Assembly (NCBI GenBank): GCA_028534125.1
Contig: CM052817.1
Span: 76,758,001-76,821,780 of the forward strand
Source: Lama glama
Lineage: Eukaryota
DNA length: 63,780 nucleotides
Direction: 5' to 3'
Shown here: positions 27,340 through 39,609 of the stretch, piece after piece
How the letters are laid out: the number at the start of each line of letters is the position of its first letter
How positions within the stretch are numbered: the stretch's first letter is position 1
Notes under the pieces: generated by a model
What the model saw: the letters and a program-made list of their open reading frames with translations, nothing else
Told to the model about the DNA's origin: nothing
Database searches by the model: none
Program-made: the position numbers and the translations under genes

Positions 27340-27602
27340 TTATCCCTTATGCATTTTTATTACTTTATTAGGCACGTAACAGGGTGAAAGAGCACACAAG
27401 CCGTTAAGCTCTGTTAACAAGCCGTGTTACACTTGCATTTCAACTCCACAAGGCTTCTGTAGTTTTGGCTTTTTCAAGTCCTCTGATATTCTGTGCATCA
27501 CAGACCATATTTGATTAAGAAGAACGTGTTCTTGAAACATCTGTCCAGTTACATTCAAACTGCCTCCTATTGATACAACATTCTCTTGGAGTCTTTCTAT
27601 TC
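27340..27602 (-). other. Candidate terminal exon
   Basis: Acceptor 'tttttcccctttggcacccatcag|GAATAG'. Tandem AATAAA at 27369-27364 and 27361-27356. One frame stays open to the stop at 27427. Confidence 0.35.
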
Positions 27603-28040
27603 CTGATGGGTGCCAAAGGGGAAAAAATATACTCCCCAAGGTCACCAGAGTTCATTAAATACAACTGACAATGATACAGTTCAGGGGGGAAAAAAATCTT
27701 CCCAAATCTGTATACAACATTACATTCACAACATGTGGGTTTAATCTTAAAGGAATCAGGAGAAATAGCAACAAGGGAACGTAGTTAGAAATGGTGACAG
27801 ATGCTTCTCAGCGAGTGTGGTCTTGGGTGTCACATGGGTGCCAGAATATAAATCAGGTAATCCACCCCCCAGGGCACTGAGCAGAAGTCAAATCATGTGG
27901 CCGGGCCAAGCAGGACGGATTTAATTAGGAAGACTGCAGCATAATATTCACATAATCTCCTAAAATTTCATTTTGCCCAGCTAAGCCCTAGTTATTTTCA
28001 GAGCTCTCTCATCAGTGGGGAAGAGTTCCCAAAAGATTAC

Positions 28041-28146
28041 CTGAACTTGTCTCATTAATTCAACCTCAAAGCAGGGCTGGGACTATATGTGTCTGGACAC
28101 TAGTCTCGACACTGAACAGGGCTAAAATAGGCAGAGGTAGCACTGG
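28041..28146 (-). other. Candidate 106-nt exon with stops in all three frames (non-coding or UTR if real)
   Basis: Branch-like ctgac, acceptor 'gatttttctttcag|CCAGTG' and donor 'CAG|gtaatc'. Confidence 0.35.
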
Positions 28147-28369
28147 CTGAAAGAAAAATCCCCAAACAGTCAGGCTTCTTCAAAAGTGTAACGACACTTT
28201 GCATACAGATTTGTGGGACGAGCAGTCTTTGAGTACAGGGATGGCTTTTTTTTTTTTTTCAAATTAAATATCAACTGATCAGTGATGCTTATTTACCATG
28301 AAAATCTTTTTTAAAGTTACAATTCTGATGCCTCATATCTTGATTTTTTCCATCAATTTATTACCTCCT

Positions 28370-28530
28370 GTTATATTACTTACATATTATGTTTATTTTT
28401 TTACTGTCTATCTTTGCTCCACTACAATTGTAAATTTTTGTTTTGCATCATTTACTAATATACCTTAAGTGTTTAAAATAATATCTGACACACAGAAGAG
28501 GATCAACAAAGATTTGTTAAAAAAATAAAA
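28370..28530 (+). mobile_element. L2 3' fragment
   Basis: 'gtttattttttactgtctatc...ccactacaattgtaaa...atctgacacacagaagaggatcaacaaagatttgttaaa'. Confidence 0.6.
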
Positions 28531-28548
28531 CTTCTTGGGGCAAAAAAA

Positions 28549-28695
28549 GGGAGGCTGTAGCTCAGTGGTAGAGTGCATGCTCAGCATGCACAAAGTACTG
28601 GGTTCAATCCCTAGTTCCTCTATTTAAAAAAATAACAATAATAAAATAAATAAGTAAATAAATAAACCTAGTTACGAACCCCCCAAAATAAACAA
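28549..28695 (+). mobile_element. tRNA-derived SINE (camelid Vic-1-like)
   Basis: A box 'tagctcagtggtagag', B box 'gggttcaatccc', an A-rich linker, a 'aaacctagttac...cccccc' segment and an A-rich tail. Confidence 0.88.
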
Positions 28696-28987
28696 TTTTT
28701 TTTTAATTTATGAATTTTCAAGAATTTCTCTTGGACTTTCTCCTTTAGGAAGGGCTCTGTAGTAAAAGAAGTTCTGGATACTTATGAAGTCCAAACAACG
28801 CAATCCCCAGTCACGGATACTGAGTTCTGTGCTCTCCTTACAGAAGGAAACCCTGAGGGCAATGGCTCGCCACCTGGACACTAAAGACAACTGCAGCCGG
28901 AAGGAACAGGTGTCCTGGGGAAAAGCAAGCACAGGAGTGCAGAACAACAAGTGTCACCACCTCGTAACTGCCCACATTCAGGCACAC

Positions 28988-29110
28988 GTTTTAGCCTCAA
29001 TTTTCTCAAAATAAGGGTATTACCTACTTGGCAGATTTACTGTGAGAATGAAATGAGATTATAGGCATAAAGCATTTATTGAAGAGCTAGGCACATTCAG
29101 AAATTGATTA
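28988..29110 (+). mobile_element. MIR fragment
   Basis: 'gcctcaattttctc...tacctacttggcagatttactgtgagaatgaaatgagat...taaagcattta'. Confidence 0.7.
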
Positions 29111-29607
29111 TTCCCTTGCCCTCGGACTCAAGTCCACAAGAATTGAATTCTTAGCCTTCTCTACCACAAGTAAGTCCTTGCTTAAAATCTCAATGCCCAA
29201 GCCAGAAACACTGACCTTTTAACTGAGTGTTGGCACCCACCCCCTACCTCCCTGCGACAAACCACTCACCGCCCCAAACCTCTTCCCACTCCGGGCTGCA
29301 GGGCTCTCCATGAGCTGTTTGCCGGCCCTCTGCTCGGATGGACACACTGCTCATTTCTTGAACTGCTTAAAGAGCCTTAGCCTCAGCTCTTGGGTCACCT
29401 GTCCTTTCCTCTCAAGGCTCATTTCTCAAGTCACTGTCCTTTAGTATTGCCCCTTGTTTCCACACAAGATACCTGTTTAATGAGAGGAGGGCACGTCACT
29501 TGAGTTCAACCCTGCAGGTCGCCCTGCCTTCCTCAGCCCTGCCAGTCTCTCAAGCTCTGGAGCCCAGGGTCTAAAAGACCTTCACGTCAACAAGATGCCT
29601 CACGTAA

Positions 29608-29767
29608 GGGGGGAGGGTATAGCTCAAGTGGTAGAGCTCATGTTTAGCACGCTTACCATGTGAGGTCCTCGGTTTAATTCCCACGTACCTCCTCTAAAAA
29701 TAAACAAACCTAATTACCCCCTGCCAAAATAAAATAATTAAATAATAAATAAATAAAATATTTTTAA
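29608..29767 (+). mobile_element. tRNA-derived SINE (camelid Vic-1-like) with TSD
   Basis: Head 'ggggggagggtatagctcaagtggtagagc' and 'aaacctaattaccccc'. 12-bp TSD ATGCCTCA(C/T)GTA at 29595-29606 and 29768-29779. Confidence 0.92.
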
Positions 29768-30559
29768 ATGCCTCATGTAGTTTGAAAGAAAAAAAATCAT
29801 TTTTGATTTAAGGAGTACATAGAGGGTAGCTCCTGAGACTGATATTTTAAAAATTAACTTTAGGAGGAAAGCCGAGCAGACAGTCACACAGAGCTGTTTC
29901 TTAGTGGAGCTGACAATGGGGGAAGCATATTCATGGGTCCAGGCTAATTGTATTTCCTTAGTGTTGCTCAGACCGTCTGTCTCAACTTGTCACTGTTGCA
30001 TCTACAGCCCCAGTTTAGGTCCGAGCCATCTCTTGACTGGACTACAGTCACTGACTCATAATTAGCCTCACTGATCAGTCCTGTCAGCCCCTAATCCCTT
30101 CTTCACAGACACACCAGTGCCTAGAATGATAACCTGACCTTCTGACTGGTTAGAAACCTTAGTGACACATGATACAAAGTAGAACATGTAAATAAGTGAT
30201 AATCAAAAAGTGGCTCCACCAATTGGTTGTTACCGATTCATGGTTAGGAAAGCACAGAAATTGAGAGCAAGCACTGAGAATCTTCTATAGCAATTTGCCA
30301 CTGCTTACCACGCCAAGCATTTGGTTGCATATCTGATAAACCTATGTCACCCTCATTTTGGAAATTTCAAAATAATAATAATAAAGTAAAACTGGCCCCT
30401 TACTATAGATAGTTGAGAAACCCTAGTCTAACCTTGACAAGATACACAAAATCAGTACCTACCTCCCATCAGTCTGTCCAGCTGTGTCTTCTGATTTCGC
30501 AAGCTAAGATTTTTATCCAGCAATTTCAGTTCGCCTACAGGTTAGTACACCCATCAGCT

Positions 30560-30785
30560 AACCACAGCAGAGTGATTAAAATAACGGACACTGAATCTTA
30601 ATCTCAGCTCTGTCACTTACTGGCTGTGTAGCCTTGGGGAACTTCAACATTCAGTGCCCTGGTTTCCCCACACACAGAATTAGAATAGTAGCAGCTGCTT
30701 CGTATGTTTGTTGGGAAGGTGACGTGGTTTAAAGCATCCCTTAAAACAGTTCTTGATTAAATACATGATGAGATTCTTATTATTT
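30560..30785 (+). mobile_element. MIR SINE
   Basis: 'aatctcagctctgtcacttactggctgtgtagccttgggga...ctggtttcccc...tttgttgggaagg'. Confidence 0.75.
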
Positions 30786-31589
30786 TTAAAATTATTTCAT
30801 TAAAGTTTTATTTTATCAAAATATTAATTTTTTTATTATTTCCATTTGTTACTGGTGTGTTCTCTCTGCCATCCTCTAACTTTGCATCTGACTGATTTCT
30901 GATCAACTTTAAAGACAAATCAGACTTCACCTTCTCCACAAGCCCTACGTGGTTTTCCTAGGCTGATTTGTGGGCGTGTTTTGTGTTGCCCTGTCACCCT
31001 AACCCAGTACCTCCACCAGGGCATTCACCACACGGTGTAATAATTATCTCTTTATGTGTCTGTTTCCTCTACCGTGATGAGAATGTAACACAAATAAAGT
31101 GCTTAATCCATATTAACAGACCCCATAAACACATATTTAACTGATTCCATTTTGATCCTTAGAAGGATCCACGTTCACATGTCTTAACCATTTCAATCAA
31201 GCACTGACTCCCAAAAGAAAACCTGGATGGGATGAGGTGCTTCTAGTGCCTGAGTAAGGTAACTTGGGATCAGAGCTTCTTGGTTTGACCTCCTTGCACT
31301 TAGCGTTGGCCTTGAAAGTTCAGACAGAACATATATGAATCCCAGAGAAACCTGAAGTTATTGGCTACGTACAACTTGGTCCATGCTGTGAAGATAGGCC
31401 TCTGCCCTCATCTGAATCTTCTATGGCATTATTAATATAAAGAGTGATGAGAAAGAGATTTACAGTTTTCTTCATAATTAATCCATTTTTTACTTCTTCT
31501 TATGCTTTTGACCATAAGTCCAATTATTTAGAGAAGCAGAGAAAAGCTCAAGTTTAAACTGAAGTAAAAAAAAAGGCATCCATTAACAA

Positions 31590-31631
31590 TGAATCTAATT
31601 AGTTTCAGCCCTCTGTAACTAATTAGATTCA
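31590..31631. repeat. Inverted repeat with perfect 15-bp arms
   Basis: TGAATCTAATTAGTT (31590-31604) pairs with AACTAATTAGATTCA (31617-31631). After one mismatch, CAG/CTG extends the stem around a 4-nt loop. Confidence 0.9.
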
Positions 31632-32599
31632 AAGGTGGCAGTATTTTTGAAAGACTTCTAGTCTCATTATAAAATAGCTAAAATCCCCAATTATCAATGA
31701 CTATATTTAAAAAAAAACTGACATTCAAACACCAATAATAACCATCATGAAATCGCAAAAGATCATGCTCCTGCAAGCCTCTTCATAATCTTTATTAAAT
31801 AGAGCCTGGAAGAAAAACAAAGATTTGTCTGGGTATAGATTTCTCAGAAATACCTAAAGACCATGCAAATTACACTATATCAACAGGTCCAAAGCTATAA
31901 AGAAATCAGTCCTTTGAGGAAAAAACATAACAAAGTGGAAAATACAATCAGCCTAAATGATGGAGTACTTTTAGTTATCCAGGATAAAGAAGGAGGAGGA
32001 GTAACAAGAGCAACTTCAAACTGCAGATAACCTAAAATATTTCAGTAAATAATTTCACGCTTTCTTCTACCACTAATCTACTTTTAAAAGGCATGAACAC
32101 ATAATTACAGTCTGTTTGAGTTTGGGCTCTTTCCTGCGGTCTTATTCAGTGTCTGATTAGGTGCTGAGAGCTAGAACACAAGCAAACACGTGGGGAGAAA
32201 GAAGGACAAAGAAAGTGCAAGTCTAGAAGACCCCACTCTGAATCCTGGACTGAAAGGTACTTTCCTTTCTACATGTTCACAGGCTCAAGGTCACATGTAC
32301 AACATCCTGTAGGAAATTTAAAAGAAAGAAAAATACTAGAATTTTGAAAAGTGTATCTGAAAGGTCATTAATACTATGCATGGCTTTAGAAAACAGGCGC
32401 TTTTAATTGCTACTTAATTTGAGCAATTTCTGTAAAATATTTAATGATGTTCATTGAAAGATGCAAACAGCAAAAACACAAAGTAAAATAATTCTAACCT
32501 CTCATCCTGTAACATATGGTGATGAAAAAGTTAAACCAGTCACAAGGAAAGGCACCCCAACAATAGGAAACTTTTACAGGTAGTTCTTAGGCCAGAAAT

Positions 32600-32782
32600 T
32601 GTTCTCTGTCTATACTTAGGGATATTTATTAAACTCCTTCCAGGGTAGCAACACTGAAAAAGTATTTTGCACGAGATACTGTTGCAGACGACTGATGCAA
32701 ATGCTAACTCGTTCTTTGGGATAATCACACCTCCAGGGTGTTAGCATTATGTGGATCTGTGCAGATGCAAGTAATATATCAT
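32600..32782 (-). other. Candidate terminal exon
   Basis: Acceptor 'cacattcttatttctctag|ATGATA' and AATAAA at 32630-32625. Motif evidence only. Confidence 0.3.
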
Positions 32783-33877
32783 CTAGAGAAATAAGAATGT
32801 GGTGGTTGGAATTTGATGAGATCAAAGGGGAAAAATGTGTACTTTAAAAACTAAATGCAGAAAAATTTCAAGTGAAGAAACCATGCTCTTTATAAAATTA
32901 GTTTAGCAACTCTATTATCAGTAAGAAATGATATGTTGCCAGCACGAGTTATTGATGTGGAAAAGGCCGTCATTAATAAAATAAATGAGGTCCAACATGG
33001 GGAAAAAATTATCAACCAAAACAAGAATGGAAATACAATTCAGGTCATTTCTGACTAAGGTTGTCATCCCAAAACCTGGGTAAGGAGGGCATGATACTAA
33101 GGTCATTGCCAGCTCATTGTCTTCCCAATTAACAAAACACCATAGTAACCCCCTGAATCAATAGATCAAATATGTGATTTTTAACAGTTGCATAATAGAC
33201 CATAAAAAAGATGTATCACATTTATTCAAGCATTCAGCTATTGATGGGTATTTGGGGTTTCTCTTTTGTCCTTTTTGCTGCTACACTCAAGGACATTTAT
33301 TCTTGTGCACATATACTTAAGTCCTTTCACTTTTGTTTGTATAAATCTGATTCCTAAAACTAGTTCAAATGATGTTTGGGATGTTAGTACTCTTTTTTTT
33401 TTTTTAATCCTAAACGTACTGTGGAATGGGGGAATCAAAAGAATTAAATTAGTAATGACTTGGTTGTTATTAGGAAAGTTCAGTAATTTCATGAAATAGA
33501 CCTGCAGAAAAGCATTAAAAAGCAAATTCTATTTCCTTAGTGGGTCTCTCCTTATTAAACTGGTGAATGTATTTTCACAATAAAAGAAATGTTCCTCAGA
33601 TCAAGGTTGAAGGGTAACAGTTAAAAGCTGACACATACATTTAGGATGTCATACAAGAATTTTCATATTTTGGCTTCTTTCTAACTCAACTCCCATTTTT
33701 CTTCTCTTCCCCAGACTTATTCTATGTGTCAATCATATTAGTCCACTATAGTTCAACAGATATCATACTTCACTTAACCTTTGAAGAAACTGTTTCCCCT
33801 GCCTGGAACATTCAGCTCACTCCACCCTCTCTCCATTTCCACATGGCTGACTCTTCCTTGGGCTTTCAAAATAAGTG

Positions 33878-34699
33878 TGGTGTAAAATAATTCTAGTACC
33901 AATCAAAACTTCAGATCACTCAGTTAGGATCCTGCACCCAATTTCCAAAGGAGGAAGGGGGAAGTTCCCACACAAAGTAATTTTCTGACACCAGCTGGGT
34001 GTCCTAGAATTTAACTCATTTCTGACACTGCTTACCCAGAGATGGCATCAGATGCACAGCTTAAGGGCTCCATCCTACAAGATTGTGCCTCCCTCCCCAC
34101 CCCCCCAACCCCACACTTTAGATACCAATCACAAACCCAGATTATCACCTGTGCTTCTGACTGCCCAGCTATAGATCGAGGTTCCCACAACCTCCTCCTT
34201 GGGTTCAATGAATTTGCTAGAGCAGCTCACATAACTCAGAGAAACAGTTTACTCACTAGATTACCAGTTTATTATAAAAGGCTATACTTCAGGAACAGCC
34301 AGATGGAAGAGATGCATAGGACAAAATGTCAGAAAGGATGTGGTACTTCATACCCTCTCTGAGCCAGCAGCACTCCCCAGATCTCCACTAGTTCACCAAA
34401 TGGAAACTCTCCAAAACTCATTCTTTTAGGGTTTTGTGGAGGGAGGCATGATCAACTAAATCATGAACTCAGTCTCCAGTTCTTCTCCCCTCCCCACAAG
34501 TCAGGAAGTGGAACTGAAAGTTCCAACCCTCCAATCACATGGTCGGCTCCACTGGCAACCAGTCCTTTCCAAAATCACCTCACTAACCTAACAAGACATC
34601 TGTATTGCTCTCGTCTCAGGAAATTCGTTTTAGGAATTCTGTGCCAGAAACAGGACATAGACCAAAAATTTATTTCTTCTTGTAAATCATAATATCACA
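33878..34699 (-). mobile_element. MER21-like solo LTR inserted in an L2
   Basis: The minus strand starts TGTGATATTATGATTTACAAGAAGAAATAAATTTTTGGTC, like the MER21 5' end. TG...CA termini. Near-TSD AAGTG/AGGTG at 33873-33877 and 34700-34704. L2 sequence on both sides. Confidence 0.85.
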
Positions 34700-34920
34700 A
34701 GGTGTTGCTCTTAGAGGAATCCACTGGAATACAGATGGGATAAAGCCCTCCACCCAGATCCATGCCTAAGTTCCATCTTCCAGACAAAACAGCGTCACAG
34801 TATATTCTAATGCTTTAATGCCTGGTCTGTCTCCCTCACTGAATTGTGACTCTTTGAAGGCAAGGCTATGTCCTTTGTGTCTGATAACACAGTACTTAAT
34901 AGGATGTAGGCTTTCGAAAA

Positions 34921-35190
34921 TTTTTTTTCTTTTTTAATTGAAATATAGTCGATTTACAATGTTGTGTTAATTTCTGGTGTACAGCATAGTGATTCAGCTG
35001 TACATATATATGTATATTCCTTTTCATATTCATATTCAAAGGGGTGGGGAGGAATAAACTGGGAGTTTGGGACTTGCAGATACTACAATATCTAAAATAG
35101 ATAAACAATAAGGTTCTACTTTATAGCACAGGGAACTATATTCAATACCTTGTAATAAACTATAATGAAAGAGAATATGAAAAAGAAATG
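34921..35190 (-). mobile_element. L1 3' UTR insertion with inverted 5' part
   Basis: 34921-35037 is the L1 tail in minus orientation, poly-T first. 35038-35190 is the immediately upstream L1 UTR segment in plus orientation. Confidence 0.88.
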
Positions 35191-35612
35191 TTTTTTGACT
35201 TAACTGGGTAAGACAGCAATAAAGAAGAAAGAGTACTAAGAAGAGTAACTCTTTAAACACCTACATTTAAAGGACACATGGGGGAAAAGCCTAAGTTGAC
35301 TGACCAGGAGCCGTTGAAGAAGCAGAGAAGCAGGAAAGAAAACAACCGTGGGATGTTAGAGTTTGAAAGTGGAGAAGTAAACACCATCAAATGCTACAGA
35401 AAGAAGACAAAAGAAATAGAAAGAAAATTGGGGAACACTACAGAAAGCCCATAGTGGAGACACTTTGTATTTAGTAGCCTTAGTTTACTGTGACGGCCAA
35501 AGGCAAGAGGTGTTGGTAGCTTCTCTATCTTGGGACAGGAGGGCCAATTAAAAGAGTTTTAGAGAGGATGCTTCAGGGGTAAGGATGAGGCAATTTGTCT
35601 TAAGAAAGATTT

Positions 35613-35683
35613 AAGAAATGGAAATAGTAACACATATTAATTAAATTACTTTGAAGTTAAAAAAAACAAAGAAATGGAAATAG
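35613..35683 (+). mobile_element. 41-bp extreme 3' L1-like remnant with 15-bp TSD
   Basis: AAGAAATGGAAATAG at 35613-35627 and 35669-35683. The insert 'taacacatattaattaaattactttgaagttaaaaaaaaca' resembles the last bases of the L1 tails in this window. Confidence 0.65.
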
Positions 35684-38344
35684 AGGTTGATAACAACCAG
35701 CTGTATGCAAAGTAGATGCAAGCTGATAATAAAAGGGAAGTCTGGACAGGATTTCCACATGTCCTCCTTTTCCCCTCCCTCCACACCACCTCCTGTACCC
35801 ACCGCCGCCTCCCTACCCCTGATTTACCCTTAGATGGTAGTTATTCTAATAGGCTCAAGCTTCAATCTGACAGCGTTCCTAGACACATTCATTATAAATG
35901 GGAACTTCTGTCCCAACAAAAGTTTATTCATCATTACCATTCACTAAACTCAGATTCATTCATTATAAAAAATAAAAATGAAATAAAAATTAATAATAAT
36001 AATAATCAAGTACAGTTTGCCACCACAGCTACACTGGATATGCTGGGAAAACAGTAATATTTATGAAGAGCTAACTGAAAGATAAATTTATGTAAAACAC
36101 TTCACTTATTTATTCACCAGTCAAAAATATATACATGGTTACAGAAAATATTTTATAGATGAAATGAGATCATTTTCTTTAAAGATGACAGCATTATATT
36201 CTCCCCACAGGTGATAAAAAGTGGAAAAACCACAGTATAGAGGGAAATCCTGATAGGAAATGATCCCTGAACAGGAAAATCACTTCCACTAGACAAAGTA
36301 TAAAATTACTCTCTTTAATTATTAAGTTTCATATTTTGTAGACAAGAATGTCTTATCTAGAAATGCAGCTACATAAAAATTGGAGGACCCCTATGTATGT
36401 TACATAAACCTGCATTGACATATTTTTCCTTACTGAGAATTCTAACAATCAGAGCTTTCATGGCTAAATACTAGCACATTATTATTAAAATAATCATAGT
36501 ACACTTTTTACCCCACTTTTGGAAAAAGCATAGGTCAGAGACTATCATTGAGTTTCTAATAACCACCACCACCTATGATTGAGACCAGTTACCTCAAGGT
36601 GAAAGTTGTCATACACCGTCTCCAAGCTCTTGAGCGTTCTGGGCTCCCTTCATTTTCCGTAGAACAATTTGTTCTTCTTAAAATACAGGAGAGCTTGGTA
36701 TGACTTGGTCACCTGACATCTATGGTAAGAAATAGGAACATACAGTACATTTTACACTTAGTGTCAGTCAGAAAAGCTGACCATAACTACAAATTAACTG
36801 CCATCTTTGTAGTCAATGTCTTAATAGTGCACCAATGAATAAAAGACTAGGGACTAAAAACTAAAAAAGAAAATAATAATAATTTCTCAGAAATGACCAA
36901 ACCATACAAACATACTGCTAAGCAATCCAGATTCAAAACTGGTATTTTCAGATTATTTTAGATTTGTCTTATGCCCCTGAAATTCTCTCAATTTGCAAAG
37001 AAAGAAAGAATTCAGAAAATACCTTTTAAGACAACACAATCATCAAGTTTTTTAATGACACACTAGGTATTTTGAAAATTGACTGGTAGTCTAATTGCTT
37101 CATTATTCCCTAAAGCATATTTTCTGGTTATAGTACCATTCTTCTGAGATTTTTCTATTTATTTGTTTTTTTAATAAGTTTTAACTTTGAGAAGTTTCAG
37201 GTTCGCAGCAAAACTGAGTGGAATTTTGTGAGACTGGCATGACCTGGATCTTCTTTTTCCAGCTGAGAGGTGTTTTAAAATTGTGCTTTTCTAAAAGGAA
37301 ATGAAAAAAAAAAAAAAGACACTATTTTTCCTTTTGTTTTTATCCCCAGGTTTAGATCTTGCTTGAAATGGTCAATTTTGTTATTGTCAACACATTATAT
37401 ATAAGAGACAGTTTCTTGGAATCTAAGAAACCAGAGAAACTTAGAATTATCACAACGCTTCGCTCTACATTTTATCTCGCAGAGCTCAGGCAGCAACACG
37501 TATAGAGTAATAACTCTCTCCCCTTAGAGAATTAGGCTGCTGTTGAAGAGTAGCAATGCCAAATCTTCATGGAGTTTTACTGAAATAACTCGTATCACAG
37601 AGCCACTGGAAATCAAACTATGCTGACACCTCCCCATTTAAGGGTCGTTAGGGAAAGGGGAGCCCGAGAGAAAAAATGGAAAGAAAAAGAAATTTGAGGA
37701 AACCTACAGAGCTGGAGCATGGACATCAAGGACAAAAGGAGTCTGGGTGAAGGAAAGGAGGTTCAGTTGAGACACTTAAATCAACTAAAATTAAACTTAA
37801 AGAGATTATTAGCTTTGTCATCAATAACTTTTGTGTGGAATAGTGAAGAAACAAATGAGAAAGTAAGGTGAAAAGTAAAGGAAAGTGACTGTCAATGTGC
37901 AGAACTGAACTTGCTGTTCTCTGTTTCCTCTAAAGAAAAGTTTTAAATGAATCAATGCACAAAGAGAACTAGAGAGAAGAGAGCTGTAATTGAGAGGTGT
38001 CAACAAAATTTTGGACAACAGAAGGCAGATTGATGAGGGGTAACTGATGTAGCATAGAGAAAGCTGAGATGTAAGTGCCCATCGAGGAGGATGACCAGAT
38101 GAAGCAAGCTGTCTGGGCTACAGAAACTCTCCTTGAAAGGCTCAGATTTTGAGCCACAGAACCCACAGGGTGAGGAGGATAAATGTGGGTATCCTCAGTT
38201 AGAAGTCTACATAGAAGTTAGGTTACCCAGCTCCCCTCTCTCATCCCACACAGACAACTACTATCACTCTCCAACCAGGCAAGCGATGAATGATTTATTC
38301 CCCAGAAAAAATAAAGCAGAAAGTTCCAAGTCTCAGAAACACTG

Positions 38345-39090
38345 AAAAAGCAATACAAATTAAAGCCACCATGTGTTTTTTAATACATAGTAATAAGAAT
38401 GAGTAAAAAGGACTGACGTTACCAAGTGTTGTTGAGGAAACTAAAACTCATACACGATGGGGGCACTTCATGTTACAACTCTGAGAAACATTTTGATTGT
38501 TCCTATAAAGTTAAATGTATGTCATCTTACGCTTCAGCAATTCTATTCCTAAATATTTACTCAAAAGAAACAAAAATATACATCTACACAGACACTTGCA
38601 TAAGAATATTTATAGCAGCTTTGTTCATATAGCTCAACCTGGAAATAACCCAAATATACAGTAACAATTCAATGGATAAGCAAATTATGATATAACAATA
38701 TAATGGAATAGTAGTTTAAAAAAAAAAGGAGTATACTAACTATACACACAACTGCATGGATGAATCTCAAAAATATTCTACCAAGAAAAGGATGGAAGAC
38801 AAAACAGTGGAAAATATTATGTGATTCCATTTACATGAAAATCTTAAAAAGGCAAGATTAATCTAGAGAAAGAAAGTAGATATTTGGTATTGCCTATGGC
38901 AAAAACGGAGCTGAGGATTGACTGCAGATGGGTATGAGGGATATTTGTGGTGATGGAAATCTTGGATGTGGTGGTGATTATACCATATACGCCCATAGGC
39001 ATATATGTTTGTCACAAAAACTAAGCTGTGCTTAAAATGAGTGCATTTGATTGTGCATGTATAGTATTTCACTAATGTGAATTTTTAAAT
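38345..39090 (+). mobile_element. L1ME-type 3' end
   Basis: ORF2 C-terminal remnant (SAILFLNIYSKETKIYIYTDTCIRIFIAALFI), then UTR 'catggatgaatctcaaaaa...gtgattccatttacatgaaa'. Confidence 0.85.
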
Positions 39091-39304
39091 AGGTCAGATT
39101 AAGTTGCAATGTGCATTTACATATATATTTGTTTTGTGACAACGGAGATGTAAATATATTTGAAGACTGAAGGAAAGATACTACTAGAAAACATGTTGGT
39201 ATGAGCAGAAGGAGGGAAAAATGATGGAGCATAGTCCTGGACTTGATGGGAAGGTTCAAAACCATAGATGGAGGAGTTAGCCCTGTCCTGATAATCTCTT
39301 TAGT

Positions 39305-39470
39305 CATCATTCATTTTGTGCCAGAATCTGTTCTTGGTACTTTCATGTGTTACCTCAATTCATCATTATTATAATCTTATGATACAGGCATTATGATTCC
39401 CATATTACAGGTAATAAACCTGGATTCATAAAGATTAATAGCTTCCTCAAGGTAACACATCTACTATGTA
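39305..39470 (-). mobile_element. MIR fragment
   Basis: 'ttattataatcttatgatacaggcattatgattcccatattacaggtaataaacctggattcataaagattaatagcttcctcaaggtaacacatcta'. Confidence 0.75.
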
Positions 39471-39609
39471 GGGTAATTTCACTTACTCTAAGAATCACAT
39501 TTAATATAAAACAAACATCCTATTTGTTGCATTTCTTTCCTTCTGTACTCCCAGTAATGGTTCCTCACAATCTCATCTCCAATCTGCTCTAAATTGTACT
39601 CTCCATATA

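Noticed and set aside
28549..28622. tRNA-Ala-like sequences here and at 29608 and 41474
   Set aside because: Degenerate stems with SINE bodies or poly-A tails, and TSDs on two of the three. These are SINE heads, not tRNA genes.
32933..33058. 41-aa plus-strand ORF MLPARVIDVEKAVINKINEV..., superficially like a pogo/Tigger transposase N-terminus
   Set aside because: Too short, with no TIRs or further transposase motifs.
36663..36724. Plus-strand exon-like unit (ccgtag|...ATG|gtaaga), plus acceptors near 36210 and 37349
   Set aside because: Isolated motif matches on the strand opposite the inferred host. They show that pseudo-exons arise by chance here, which is why the minus-strand candidates get low confidence.
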